The notes: a model not told the origin generated them from the letters alone. DNA of 64,000 nt from Phaeosaccion multiseriatum (GCA_965112735.1 OZ218953.1:1426001-1490000), one strand, 5' to 3'. Shown: positions 47,891-60,585, counted from the stretch's first letter. Numbers and translations: made by a program.

Positions 47891-48745
47891 TCATTTCTCT
47901 GCCATTGCGTGCGTGAGAACCTTGGCCCACTCTCCGGAAGACATTCCGTCTCTTCCCTGCGCCCCTACATGCAAAGCAGTGTCTGTGAACCGCCGCGATG
48001 AGTTCACCAGGGCAACCTGACTGCTGCTACTATTGCTGCTACTGCTGCTGATGCCATTCTTCGGGAGGTGCATGTCTGCAACACTACCGGCATGCGAACA
48101 TGGTTGGCCGACTCCGGGATAGAGCCCAGAGTCCACAAAGGCCACAGTCAGGCTGTCTATGGTGGATGTGTCGAGCAGGTTGGTGTTGACCAGGGCAGCT
48201 AACCCCGTGGTTTGCACCACATGCGCCCCGCACGAGGAGCAGAAGAAGAAGATGGAGGCCTCCCCCTTGTGGGTCAGCACATAGTGGGCCCCGTCTGAGT
48301 CGTCCGAAGTCAAGTGGAAAGCCGCGCTGGGCACTCGGATGAAGGGGAAACGCAACTTGCCCGGCCCCTCCATAGCTGCCAGGTGAGCGGGAGCCTCGAC
48401 GTTGAATGTGAGCCGTTGGCAGTGGCAGCAACCCTTGTGCACAACCTTCCCGGCCTTCGAACCATACACATAGCTGTGATACGCATCCTCCTCACCCTCT
48501 CCAGTGGGAGGTCTTGCCGAGGGTCTCGGCCGCCGCCTGCTGCCGTCTCTCCATCGCTGCTCACTGCTGCTCTCCTCGTTCTCCTCCTCTTTCCCATCCC
48601 CCTCCTCGCCGCCGTCTTTGTGAGAGCCTCCTCGAGGCTTCTGATGCCATACTACCTTGACGTAGGACGAGAGTCGAAGCACCAGAACGCAGGCTATTGA
48701 TGTCGCAATGAACCCAATCACTCTATCCGCGACCTCATTTGCCAT
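47891..48745 (-). CDS. GFA/CENP-V (Mss4-like) family protein with an N-terminal transmembrane segment
   Basis: Single ORF: hydrophobic VIGFIATSIACVLVLRL, then HKGCCHCQRLTFNV ... FFFCSSCGAHV ... VNTNLLD. Confidence 0.7.
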   Translation of the reverse strand: MANEVADRVIGFIATSIACVLVLRLSSYVKVVWHQKPRGGSHKDGGEEGDGKEEENEESSSEQRWRDGSRRRPRPSARPPTGEGEEDAYHSYVYGSKAGKVVHKGCCHCQRLTFNVEAPAHLAAMEGPGKLRFPFIRVPSAAFHLTSDDSDGAHYVLTHKGEASIFFFCSSCGAHVVQTTGLAALVNTNLLDTSTIDSLTVAFVDSGLYPGVGQPCSHAGSVADMHLPKNGISSSSSNSSSSQVALVNSSRRFTDTALHVGAQGRDGMSSGEWAKVLTHAMAEK

Positions 48746-49077
48746 CAGCTTTGCCCGATTTCAGTCATGCAGACTGTTGCGCTGCTGCTGCTGCTGCTGG
48801 TTCCGCTGCTGCTGCTGATGCTCCTGCTACTTTCCTGTTTCCCCTCCTTTAGAAGGGAAGACTGCGAGGAGCAAGGAGGAGAGAAGGAAGAGCAACGAAG
48901 GACGAGGAACAGCACCACCAGCGACACAGGAAACAGTTGAAAGGCAGAGGAGAAGAGAGGGGGGGGGGGGGGAGGAGAGAGGAGAGAGGAGAGAAGGGGG
49001 AACATCATTTGAAAGAATACGGATATTTTACTTTTAGCCCGACGGTTGGAGAGGTGGGACGTCACATATCACACCGC

Positions 49078-49596
49078 ATGACCTCCTTTGTGAGATCTCC
49101 GGGATGCTCTCCGAGGAGGAAACTGCAAACTGCTATGCAGAGGGACCGCTTCTTGAATGACAGTGATTCAGATGAGGAAGTAGAGAAGAGGAAAGGAGGA
49201 GGAGGAGGAGGAGCAGGAGGAGGAGCAGGAGGAGGAGCAGGAGGAGGAGCAGGAGAGAGCAGCAAGACAGTAGCAACAGGAGGAGGATCATCAGGAGAAG
49301 GATTGGGAGGGGTAGGGGAGATAGGAGATGGAACACCCAGAAGAAGAAGCGTAGCAGGGGAAGAAGAAGAAGTGGGAGAGGAGGGAACGGGGAAGCCCAA
49401 CGGGGTGCGAGAGCACAAGGGAGAAGGGTGCAGGAACAGCAACGAGAGCGTGCAAATATCTAACCCAGCGCCAGCGGAGTCCAAGAGCGAATCTATGGAG
49501 GAAAAGAGAAAGGGAGTTGAAGCATTCGTGACGGACCTGGTTTCCAATCAGATTGAGCTGATGACCGACGCACTGACCGATGCAGTGCGGAAATGA
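49078..49596 (+). CDS. Hypothetical low-complexity protein
   Basis: ATG-initiated ORF of 172 aa (MTSFVRSPGCSPRRKLQ..FLNDSDSDEE..VEAFVTDLVSNQIELMTDALTDAVRK), divergent from the GFA gene; no recognised domain. Confidence 0.5.
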   Translation: MTSFVRSPGCSPRRKLQTAMQRDRFLNDSDSDEEVEKRKGGGGGGAGGGAGGGAGGGAGESSKTVATGGGSSGEGLGGVGEIGDGTPRRRSVAGEEEEVGEEGTGKPNGVREHKGEGCRNSNESVQISNPAPAESKSESMEEKRKGVEAFVTDLVSNQIELMTDALTDAVRK

Positions 49597-49811
49597 GGGA
49601 GCATCACGCCATGCAAATGATTTTGGGGGTACACGAGGATGTGGGGGAGAGGGAGGGGATGATGAGAAGGAGTCTTTTCGCATTGTCCTGTTCCAAGCCC
49701 CCACCCACATCGTCCAGCCGTTAACAGAAAGAGATCGGAGGACACAGCGAATGTGTCTCTTTACAGTATCAGCCCAAGCCAAACGATCCTTGTACAAAAA
49801 TGGAAGATTCT

Positions 49812-50755
49812 TTACGCAAATTTCTGGACTATTCTTGTCTTGCTCAGAGGAGAGGGCCCCAGAGAGGCTTCGAAAGCCGTGTTTGAGAGAAAGCCCACCA
49901 GCTGCCCGAGTCGGCTGGAGAGAGCCGCGAGGCACTCTTTCGCACTCGTTCTCACTTCCAATCGACCGCAGTACGCTCGTCCACTACTTGGAAGGGCTGG
50001 TGACTGCATTGCCATCGCCGTGAGAACGACTGCAATTGGGGCTCCCTGCCAGGACTGGAACATCCACGCCGCAGTCACAAAGTAGTTCTCCTGCTGCTCC
50101 GCGGCTGACGCGAGCACTCGCGCCGCCTTGCGAGCATCTGCGGGGGCGTTGGGGTCCTCCCGCGCGTCAAGTATCGTGTACACCTCCTCGGCAGATTGGC
50201 AGTAAGGCTCCATCTCCCGCCGGCTGTGAATGGGCACGCTCTGCACAAAGGGGAGGCCCAACCCACCCCACTTGTCCTGGAAATCCGTCCACAGTAGCTT
50301 AGCATCCCCACCCGAGTAGGGGCGAAGCAGCTCCTCGGCAGGGATACTGTACGAACCGCAGCTCACGACGGCCCCTGCACTCGACGCCGTTGCACCTTGC
50401 TGCCCACCGGAGGCCACCGCTGCTGCTCCGCCTCGCAATTGGGATGAATGGTGGAACTCCTCTTCCGTTGTAGTGAACGGGAAGCGCAGAGAGGCGTACA
50501 CGTGGACATCAGTCAAGTGCTCATTCCCACTGGACGCCTCGTCCAGAGGAATGACTGTCTCCCAAGTGTGGCTCTGCCCCGGGTACAGGACATGAACCAC
50601 GTGCGTTTCGGCCCTCTTCCTCTTCCAGGCCCCCTTACTGGAGCACGATACCGCGAGCTCCACCACAAACCCATCTGGGAGCGTCTGCCCTGTCGCGTTA
50701 TAAGCACGCATCCGTATCGTCAGGCCCTCCAGCCGATGGGAGGAGCCTCTGCTGC

Positions 50756-50789
<34 letters not shown>

Positions 50790-53718
50790 GCCTCCCCCAC
50801 CTCTTGCTGCGAAAGAGTGGCCAGCTTCGAGAAGTACCGGGTCGCTGCCACCGTTCAGTGCCTGCATGGGATGGTCCATACCCTCGCACGGCTCGTTGGG
50901 GAAGAGGTGGTGTGTGTCACCCCCGTGCAAGAATCCACCACCAGCAGTAGCAGCAGCAGCAAGCGCAGCCTCACATCGCCCCCCCCACGCCGGTAGAGGT
51001 GCCAAGTCTGTGAGGTAGGCCCTCTTAAACTCCGCCGCTAGCCCCTCCTCGGCAGCCGCAAAGGCTGCAAGTAGCTTGATGGCTCTAGCCGTGCATGCCG
51101 TGCATGCCTGTTTGGCTCCCCCCCCTGCCAACTCACTCCTACTGCTCCTGACCAGCTGCCGATGGTCATGCCTCAGCACACGCGAAGCAGACGTCAAAAT
51201 CTCCTCCCCCCCCGCTCCTCCCAGGCACAAGCGTATGAGACTGTCCACAAGCATAAAGTGCGCCTGCTCGTTCAGCTCCTCCGACACTGACCCACCGCCG
51301 CTTCTTTGAGAGGCCGGCACGTTCTCCCACCCCTCTTCCCCCTCCTCCTCGTCCTCCTCATCCTCCTCCTCGGCCCCCTCCTCCCACCCCGCCTCTGCGA
51401 ATCTCTCATATCCAAAGTCCGAAGCCAAGGTGGCAAGAAGGTTCCTTGGTGCTTCGGCTGCGTCGAACTCGTCCATCATATCCAGTGAGACAGGGGAATC
51501 AGGGGTGGACGAAGAGTCGCCGTGCAGCTGCCCCAGGTATGTCGCGAGCACCTGTTGGCGGATGCGGGGGGGGGGGGGGAGGTGGACGGACAGAGGGAAT
51601 CAGAGCGCAGAGTGCGGCCGGGAGAGTGCCGACAGAAGGGGAGGTGTAGCAGTTGTGCAAAGAAACACAGCAAGTCAGTCCCCAACTCCTTCTCTAAGGC
51701 TGCACTGCATGATGAAAGGCTTCGTTGACTTGACTTACATGCTGCAGCTGTATCTTAAGGCCTGCGGACCGACCAACGTGGCCGAGCCACAGCCACATGG
51801 CGAGGTCATCCACCACTTCGCACAAGTCTCTTCGGTGCAACGCGAGAGTGGCCAGGGACGATGGTGCCGCCTCTGAGGGGCGGCTCTTCTCCACAGGGCA
51901 AGCGAGCTTGAGCACAGTCGCCAGCAAATCCACATAGGCCCGAGCGCTGTCGGAGGAGCCGTGACTGCTGCTGGTGAGGCTGCCTCCGTCCCCTGGTGTG
52001 GACCACATGAGGCACAGGCGGCATTGCTGGAGCAGTACCATACTCAGCTGCAGCCAGCAAGGCAGCTCAGCATCCTCACGAAATAGCAGGCCTCCCGTCG
52101 CCCCGGAGAGGAGTGCCACCGCACAAGTGCAGAGGGATGCAACAAACTCCTCGCGCACTCCTGCAAGCTTGTCGTTCTGGTGGTGCTGCTGTCGAAGGAG
52201 ATCAGTCAGCAGTGCAGTGCCCAAAACGGCTTCCAGCTGAGATGCCGATGCAGGTCGGGGACTCTCTCCTCCTCCTTTCGCGACAAGGACAATGTGTGAG
52301 ACTTGGCTCATGATGGCTGCTCGCTCTGCCGAATGGCGCTGCGGCGACAACGAGGCTACTTCGAGCAGCAAGGACGGCACCAGCTCCACAATGACCTCGG
52401 CATCTCTCATCCCTCGCAGACTCAGCACCACCCCCGTAAGTATGTGTTCCCTCCCCATTTGCTGCGTGAGGGAAGAAAAGGTCTTGTTGTCCTGTTGGTC
52501 CCCACTTTCAATGCCATTGGAGAGCAAGCGGCGCAGAATGACAGGGACGAGAGCGTGTCTCTCGGCTTGCAAGGCGGCGGAGCACTGCAACAGCTCCAGT
52601 GCCCCGAATGCGGACGCCACCGCCACTGCGGCGCTCAGACCTTCGGTGCGAGGCAATAGAGTGCAGAGAAGCCAGTCTTTGACCCGAGCTCGCACCGTAT
52701 TCTTCGGCCCAGTGTTTTCGTCCAAATCGTCCTGACCACCAAAAGAGGAGACGCCAAAGGCCTGCTGCTGCTCTGCAAAGACGTCTTCTCGGCCCACAAT
52801 GGGCACGCCGCTGGCGGCGGATGTACCGAGACGAAGGGCGGCCGAGAAGAGGTGCACACAAGTGCGCGTAGCAGGGGCTGAGTAGCGGTCTCCGAGGCTA
52901 TCGTGTCTATGGACGAACCTAGAAAGCCTTGGAAATGCCCGCCGTCGAACATGCTCACTCAGGCTCTCCAGCTCAGATGCCACTGCTCGATGTGAAGCCG
53001 CGCTCACACCACCATGGAGAAGGGTGTCCATCTGTTCTTCGAGACTCCCTCTCCACACGAGGGGGTGCAGGCCTAGAAAGCGATTGACGAACCCAAAGGC
53101 AGCAGAGGATACCTTGTCTGACTCGTCCTCGCACGCGCGCAGAGCGGCTCCCAAGAAGTCATCCACCACCCAGTCCTTAACGCGGTTGACGGCCCGTTGA
53201 GCGTCAGCTCCTGACTCGAAGCTGCCGTTCACGAACCCCTCGTGACCCAAGGCAGCACTCCAGCAGCGACCGACTGCATCCGAAACCTTCGTCAGCACAA
53301 AGGCCCGGCCTGCACTGCTGCCGCTCCTATCGTTGAGACTTGAATCGTCGGTGACGCAGGCGACGAGACCGCGCTGAACGCCCTCGTCTTGAAACACACC
53401 AAGTTGAGCCACCACTGGAAGGCCCAAGGCCAAGTTCACAGCTGCATACTCTTTCCTATCGAACGAGGAGCCCACAGCCGAACTTGGAGAGAGGGTATCC
53501 AAGGCACGAAGAAGCCAAGTCTCGGGACGGAGAAGCTTGCACTCCTGCTCGGACAGGTCGCTGCGGGCACGCGCGAGGGCAGCAAGCGCCTCAAGCGCAT
53601 TCGTTGCAGCCTCGCCCTCATCCACATCCGAAGCGAGGACTTCCACAAGAGAGGAAAGGCTGGCCGCTTCCATTCGTTGATGCAACCTTTTGGGTTGATG
53701 AGGGGAATTAGGTGCCAT
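49812..53718 (-). CDS. Beta-adaptin-family large subunit, best resembling TPLATE (TSET complex)
   Basis: Two exons (53718 or 53673 to 51739; 51551-49812), about 1240 aa. Helical trunk, then appendage motifs LNGGSDPVLLEAGH, LTIRMRAYNAT, VVSCGSYSIPAEELLRP, FQDKWGGL, FQSWQG and RLEVRTS. Confidence 0.62.
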
Positions 53719-53795
53719 CTTGGCTCACATGCGGAGGCATATCGACACGAGTTCCTCCTTCCTTCTTGAGCCTGCTGCAAGGCACAGCCAGCATC

Positions 53796-55425
53796 ATGGC
53801 TGACATCCAGAAAGGACGGAATGAAGCGGAGCTGGAGAGTATCAGAGATCTCATCAAGAAGGAGGAGCGAAGTGGAAAGGGCCAAAAGGGGGGAGGGCGG
53901 GGCGGAGGAGGCGACTCTGATGGGGAGGAGGAGGAGGAGCGGGTGGACAGGACGGCCAAACAGAAGGGCAAAGGCGAGAAGGAGAAAGTCAAGGGGTTCT
54001 GGAAGAAAGGGCAGTTCTACGCGCCGGACAGAGGGCAGAAGGCGAGCGACTACAGAGACCGGGCTGCCGAGAGAAGGAAGGGGCTGAATCCGGACTATGA
54101 TGACCAGGTGAGTGGCTTCCAGCCGGGCTTTTGAGTCCTTCCATAGCCATGAGATGTCTACAGTCTACTGTGTGCACCCTTATAGCTTGGTGTTGCTTTC
54201 TTCTCCACCTTTACCATCCACTTCAGTGCCCTCTCCTACCCCATGTGCGCTCGGTCTGCGACGCGCCTACGTTGGGTTGGCCGTGAAGCTCATTTCCCCC
54301 GTTCTTGCCCTTCTCTCGATCGTTTCTGGAATGGTGTATATGTATATATAGGTCAACCGCTTGGTGGAGATGGATGCCGAAACCAGCAAGTACCTTGGCG
54401 GTGACCTGAAACACACGCATTTAGTCAAGGGGTTGGATTACGCTCTTCTCGTCAAAGCCCGGGAGGAGATGGAGAAGGCTGAAGATGAGGAGGCGCTGGA
54501 CGGAGAGGAGCAGCAACAGCAGCAGCATAAACAGGGCTCCGGCGCGCTTGCAGATGGTATCCAGCATGTGACGGTGGGGGAAGGAGGCAAGGGGGCGGCG
54601 TCGGGGCTGCTACCGCCTCGCGATGCAGGACCTGCTGTGATTTCAAAGCGGGGGCAGCGCTTGTTGGAGGTGTGGCAAGCAGTGCAGGCCCGCAGCAAGG
54701 GCGGCAAGAACGTTTCGCGGAAGGATTTCAAGCTCATCGGCTACGAGTTCGACCTCGCTGAGGAAATGGTGACCGATGTGCCCGTCATTCTCTCTCGCAG
54801 CACCGTGGAAGACGGGCCCGAGGATGGGGAAGAGGATGAGAATCTGTGCATGCACTTTATGATGGCTGCCGACTTGCATAAGAAAGTGGAGAAGGGGCTG
54901 GTTCGATATCGAAGACACGGCAACGTTCGCAAGCACAAAAAGCGGCCGAGGGCTGAGGGCGGCGGCGGCAGTGGTGGTGGTGGGACTGATGTCATCGCCG
55001 CAGCGCCCAAGAAGAAGCCCGTGAAGGCAATGGACATTTTCGCTGACATCTCCCTGGGGGCACCAAATACACAGACCAAGCCACGGCCAGCTCCATCAAA
55101 GCCTGGCTCCTCCGAGGGCGGCTACTTCCCCAAATCGCAGCAGCAGAGCCTCACGAGTACAGGACCCTCCAAGGCTGAAATTACCGCCTCTATCAAGGCC
55201 GTCGTCGCCACATCAGGGGCCGCCGATATGGTTGGAAAGAAGGCAAGAACGGACGGTTACTCGCTCAGTGAGAACACCGGATACGCCATGGACTACGTGG
55301 ATGTGGACAGTGATGACGAGAAGAGACTTGCGAGGGAAGAAAGGGAAGAAAGGACCTCGGGCAAGCGGAAACGCACGAAGAAGAAGGGCGACGCCAAGGA
55401 CAGTGACGCCGACACAGCGTCTTGA
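53796..55425 (+). CDS. IK: Spliceosomal protein RED/IK (Smu2), RED N-terminal domain
   Basis: Exons 53796-54107 and 54352-55425; YRDRAAERRKGLNPDY and SKYLGGDLKHTHLVKGLDYALL. Confidence 0.88.
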
Positions 55426-55940
55426 CGTTCAGCATTCGTTTTTTTAACTTCCTCCCGGTAGGGCGCGAGACGCGCCTGAGCTGGAGAAATACAATCGCGC
55501 CTTGGAAGCACGAGAGTGTTGAGGGGCCTGTAGATCAGCGGCATTTTTTCTCCTCCTGGCTGCTCACGCTCTCTCTCTCTCTCTACAAAGCATTGCTTGG
55601 GGGCTACTACCTGGGGCAACTACCCTAAGCCTGGCTGGTGTGTTCCATTTGTGCTTGGCCCACCCCCCCTCGTCTGGCGTGTCAATTTCACTTTGCCTCT
55701 TGCTCTATGGGCCAAGTGGGGGGTTTCAAGGGCCCTTTGCCTGCCCCCTTTCTTGCTCCTGAGATCAAGAGATCACTCGTTTTCTCGATCCGTATCCAGA
55801 AAAGCATGAGTGTGGGTGCGTTTGTCGTTTCCTCTGATGGCGCCAGTAGCAGGAACAGCAGCAGCAGCAGACCCATATCTGGCCAGCCCTGACGGGTGAA
55901 GAAGGTCAGCAGGATGTAGAGCAACACCGTAGCTCGTCGC

Positions 55941-56312
55941 TCAATCCGTCTTCGGCGTGTACCGGTTTGGACGTCGTTGACTGCTCTCCCCAGCCTCCTC
56001 GGCAGACTCCAGGAGGGCAACGCGGACGTACAAGGCAATGACGATGTTCACCGCAAGCACCGCCGACAGACCGCTCCAGAGTGTGCGAGTCTTGGTTGTC
56101 ATGTCCTTGAGAAGCACCTTCTCCATGAGAAAGTACGTGGCGATGGGTAGTATCATCATGATGGCAGAGTACCTCAGCAGCGTACGGACCACCTCCCTGT
56201 TCTCCTCCGCCTTGAGCACATCCATGGTTCCCCACCGGCGAGGGACGCGGCTCTCCTCAGGTGGCGAGGATGGTACCGGAGAGGGAGTCGAGGGTTCATT
56301 TTCTGATCTCAT
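55941..56312 (-). CDS. VMA21: V-ATPase assembly factor Vma21
   Basis: VVRTLLRYSAIMMILPIATYF and WSGLSAVLAVNIVIALYVRVA (two TMs), with a C-terminal KTD ER-retrieval-like end. Confidence 0.88.
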   Translation of the reverse strand: MRSENEPSTPSPVPSSPPEESRVPRRWGTMDVLKAEENREVVRTLLRYSAIMMILPIATYFLMEKVLLKDMTTKTRTLWSGLSAVLAVNIVIALYVRVALLESAEEAGESSQRRPNRYTPKTD

Positions 56313-57326
56313 TCTTGGCCAGAGTGCGCAAGGCTGCCGCTCAATAAACCAGCCCAGCCTTGTCCCGATACTATCTGTTTGAAAGCTGCTCCTGCTGCAT
56401 TCTCCTACAGCACGATCAGGTCGGAGGGGAGGGTACAACAGGGGGAAAATGGATGGTACCGAATAAAAGTAACGAGTTTCAAAAATCAATTGGAGGGGGG
56501 GGTGAAAAAAAAAATGGGCAAAAGTCATCAAATTACGATCAAATTACACGGCCAAATACACATCAACTGTTTTTTCTTTTCGGCAACGTTTGTGCTGAAA
56601 GTGTGAGTGTATACATTACCGTGGCGAGATGGAGAGGTCGTCCGGGCTGTACATATCACCCACTCCTTCCATGCAATGTCCATCGCGTCCTCTGTTGTAC
56701 ATCCTCTCCCTCAAACTCCACGTCCTCCCCTTCTTCCACTAATTGCACTGGATGGCACCTATGGTGATACGTAAAGACCTGACGCGCAGAAGGCTCTCCC
56801 GACTCACCCGCCGATGACGACTAGCATCATGAGCCTCCTGTAGTGCTCTCCTCCGACTCCAGTTTCAGTTCCAGGTCCCCCCCCCTTAAAAAAAAAAAAA
56901 ATAGAAAAGTATGAGCTACTGGTATTAATACAGCTTAGCCCGAGAGCAAGCCTGCTGGCCGCTCTGTCCTTACACAACCAGGCTCTGAGAGGGGAACCCA
57001 GGCTCCTGAGCAACGTGCGTCAGTAATTCGCATATCACAAATGGCATCGACCTACAACACGGCTCGCTGTCTCGTTCTTCCATGGCTACCATGCATGTCT
57101 CCCAGGTTCAAACACCTGCCAGTTCCACACTTTAGAGGACTTTGAGCGCGAAGAAGAAGTGCTTCTCGCGTCTTGAATAGCCAGAACAAAGCGTTCCCAA
57201 AAAAAGGCTCCTCCCCTGATGATCCTGGTTGGTTCCGACGGCTGGCCTTTCCGAACGGGCGTTCTGACTGAAGCTGTTTTTTCGACCGGGCTCTCTGGCT
57301 GTTGCTGGTTGGTTGTTGGCTGCTGC

Positions 57327-60300
57327 TCAGCTGAAGTTGAATTGAGCGAGCGCAATACTAAAGGCCTGGAAGGCGTTGAGGGGTGCCCTGTGAAGATGTA
57401 CGGCAGACCAAGTTCAAGCCCGTCAGAGGTCAGAGAAGAGGCACTTAACCAGAACGAAGCGCAAGTATAGAGTAGCCAGACGGGTGCTACCCGCTGGATG
57501 GCGTAATCCGAGAGAGAAAAACGCCCATGCAGACGCAGGCTCACGCACCCCCACGCACGCACAGTCCTTACATTCCTCACAAACCGAGGCTGCATGTGGC
57601 GATTCGCGAGACAGTGCGTGGGCTCCACACACCTGTAATCTAGATTGAAGCGGTCGTCCCCCACCCGGCCGAACTGGCCCACTACGTAGTCGGGCTTGTC
57701 AGGAGACACTAACTGAAAGTTCTTGACTGATGCCACGGTGACTCGGCCCCTGGGTGAATAACAGGCCGGGCAGAGAGGCAAGCAAGCGCAGAAGAAACAA
57801 GCCAAGTACAGGCGACGAGTTATTCGACACACCTTGGGGCGCGTGCTCACCCAATCGTTTCTCTTCACCCACCTGAAGTTTAGTCGGTACTTCCCCTTTG
57901 TGTGGTGGAAGAGAGGCGAGCGGAAAGGCAAGCAAGCAGACACGGGCAGAAGGAAGAGTGAGGACGGATAGGAGGCTGTCAGCTGTTCTATGAGAGCGGC
58001 AATCTTACGTTCTCGAAGACAGGCTCCTTCGCGTCTAAGACGCGCATGTTACCAAATTTGCCCCCCTTGAGCACACCCATCATGTTGCCCAAGTCCGGGT
58101 CAAAGGGGTCCACCTGGAGAGTGGAAGTGGATCCAGGGACACAGAGAGGGGAGAGGGAAGTAGTCATTAGTGCATCCGCTTAAGCAAGAAATTAAAGCAA
58201 AGACAAGAACAACCGGCCAGCCCTCTGTGGCTCTCTCGCATCCAGCCTTCCCTCCCTCCTCTCAGCGACCCTCTACCAACCTTGTGAGCCATGGGCGTCG
58301 CGTCGTCGTGTACTGGGGGCAGGAGTACACGGAACTTCCGCGGTTGGGTGCCCTGGCCACAGGAGGGGAGTTGACATGCAGATGGCCCGCATGCGGCACG
58401 CAAGGAAGATGGGCAGACAGCGCAGCGAGCAGTACATACAATGGAGTGTGAGACGGGGGGGCTCTTGGCCAGCCCGATACTGATGAAACTCAGCGGAAGG
58501 GCAGACAGAGTGTCAGACAAGAGGGATCATCAGTCGATTAGAGGGGCAGTGGATGGAACCAATGCTGACCCTCTACTCTACTGAGAGCTCTGCACTGACT
58601 GACCTCTACCAGGTTCTCGACGATGCCCATCTTCTCGAACAGCACGGCCCCGAGCTCCTCCTTCTCCTTGTCGTTTGTGTAGATGGTGTGCTCCGTGCGC
58701 TTAAAGTTGGCCCGCACCTTCCCCAGGTAGTTGCCGCACTTTTTGCTCAACACGATTTTACCGGTGCCGCCCCCGCGCTGAAAGTCATAAATATGGAAGT
58801 TGGACGTCTTGCTCTTGCCGTGCTTGCGGGCCACCATCATGAGCACTTGCTTGTCTTGCAAGAAGAGCTTGTACGTGGGGAAGAGCATGTTTTTGCCGCT
58901 GCTCTCGCGCACCAGCTCGCACTGCACCATATCTGTCCCTTGTCCTCTCTCGTAAGCCACCATGAGGGGGGTCAGACTGTTACGGGGCGGGGGCAAGTAG
59001 GCAGCAGTGGCTCTGGTGGTGGTGGAGAAACTGCTACTTGCAGTGCTGTTTCGTTGGCCCACCCTATTGCGATTCCTATGCCTTTGTTGCTCTTGTACTA
59101 CTTCTCCCTCTGCGTCGCCCATATCCTCTCCCAAACAATCCTCCTCCTCCTCCTCCTCCTCCTCCTCTTCCTCCTCCTCCTCCTCCTCCTCCTCCTCCTC
59201 TCCTTCGTCGGGCCCATGGTTCCGGCCATGTCTACCATAGTCATCCTTCGCCTCTTCCATTCTCTGTCCCCTCGAGTCCCCTTCTGAGTGCTGCCTCTGT
59301 CCCTGCCCTGGGCTGCTCACTAAACTTGCATCACTTCCGTCATCGCAGGAGGAGTCACCTCCTTCGCTGCACTCATCGTAGTACCTCGACTTTCCCTTCC
59401 AAGCAGCCGCATCCTGTGATAATACGTTGAGCGGGAGAGGGGGGTGAGACTCGAAATCAGGAGATAGAGACCTTCACGACGTACAGGTGGAGTATATGAT
59501 TGCCATCTGGAGCGTCATGCTACTGCCGCTTTTGCACGTGGTGGTCTCCCCAGCCAGTCCCTCACTCTTTCATCAATTATTAGGTAGAGCATTTTGTGTC
59601 CGTGTGAAGAGAACATGCCAACTCACCTCGCTATCGCTCAAGTCGTAGGTTGATTGCGTGACGAGCTCCTCCCTCTTCGGAGAGTACAAGCTCGAAAGGG
59701 GCTGTCTATACGTCTTCTTGCCCATGCGCGAAGACTCTTCTACACCGCCCACTCTACCGCTCCCTTTACCTTCCCTTCTCTGGAGCAATATCTTTCCACT
59801 GCCGCTGCGGTACTTCTCAGTCCACTGCTCATCTTCTAGAGGGCATCCAACATCCCTGCTCTTTCCACGATGGCTCGCCCCATCTCTATCACCGCGCACG
59901 CCGTCCTCGTTTCCGGCCCACCTTGCCCTCAATTCGCTTTCATAAGCTCCGGAGCTTTCTCTTGTATCCTCTACCTCTGGTCTTCTGCCTTCCTGGTGGT
60001 TCTTTCGTCTCCAACCAGTGCTTGTGGATGGTGGGCCCCTGGATGCTCGCCTCTCTTGCATCTGGTCGTCGCTTCCACTGTCTGCTCCTGAACCGCTGCT
60101 ATGTCCCTGTCTCCTACTCGCATTACTTCTGCTCCGACGATTGGGCTGCCGTGTTTGTTCGTGCTGCTGCCTTGCCTCCTCCTTCCCCCTTCTTCTCCTC
60201 GGTCCTTGCCGCTGTTGCTGCCCAGTGCTACTGCTACTACTGTCGGTGCTGTGTCTGCGCCGTCCCGGATCCTTGCTGTATTGGTGCCGTTCTTCCTCTT

Positions 60301-60493
60301 CTTCTGCTTCTCTATCCTGGTGCGGCTGTTTCTTCTTCCTATGTCGGTTAGAGAGGGAAGGGGACTTCGACCCCACCGGCTCTACGGAAACGGAAGGGCC
60401 GCCGCCCTCACCAGCACTCCGATGGCGAGAGTGTATTGGGGGAGGGCTGCTAGGCGGGGGGATCCGTTCCTTGGTCCTCTTTGGTGCTGTCAT
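57327..60493 (-). CDS. Tubby-like protein with a long disordered N-terminus; 5' end uncertain
   Basis: Seven exons. [58 protein letters not shown]|GKYRLNF|[29 protein letters not shown]|[14 protein letters not shown]. Confidence 0.92.
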
Positions 60494-60585
60494 GGTGTTT
60501 TTGTTTTTGTTTATGGTAGGAAGCTCGTGTAACCGTTTTATTGGCATACGAAATGCACCGTCGTGCTTGCGTGTGATGAAAGAGA

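Noticed and set aside
49812-53718. Beta-COP assignment based on the GSDP motif
   Set aside because: Lacks the strongly conserved beta-COP N-terminal trunk motifs; the downstream appendage motifs fit TPLATE better
56400-57085. Minus-strand splice-like signals and a weak inverted repeat (~56455-56590) between Tubby and VMA21
   Set aside because: Could not assemble a convincing ORF, and the inverted repeat is too degenerate to call; may be UTR exons
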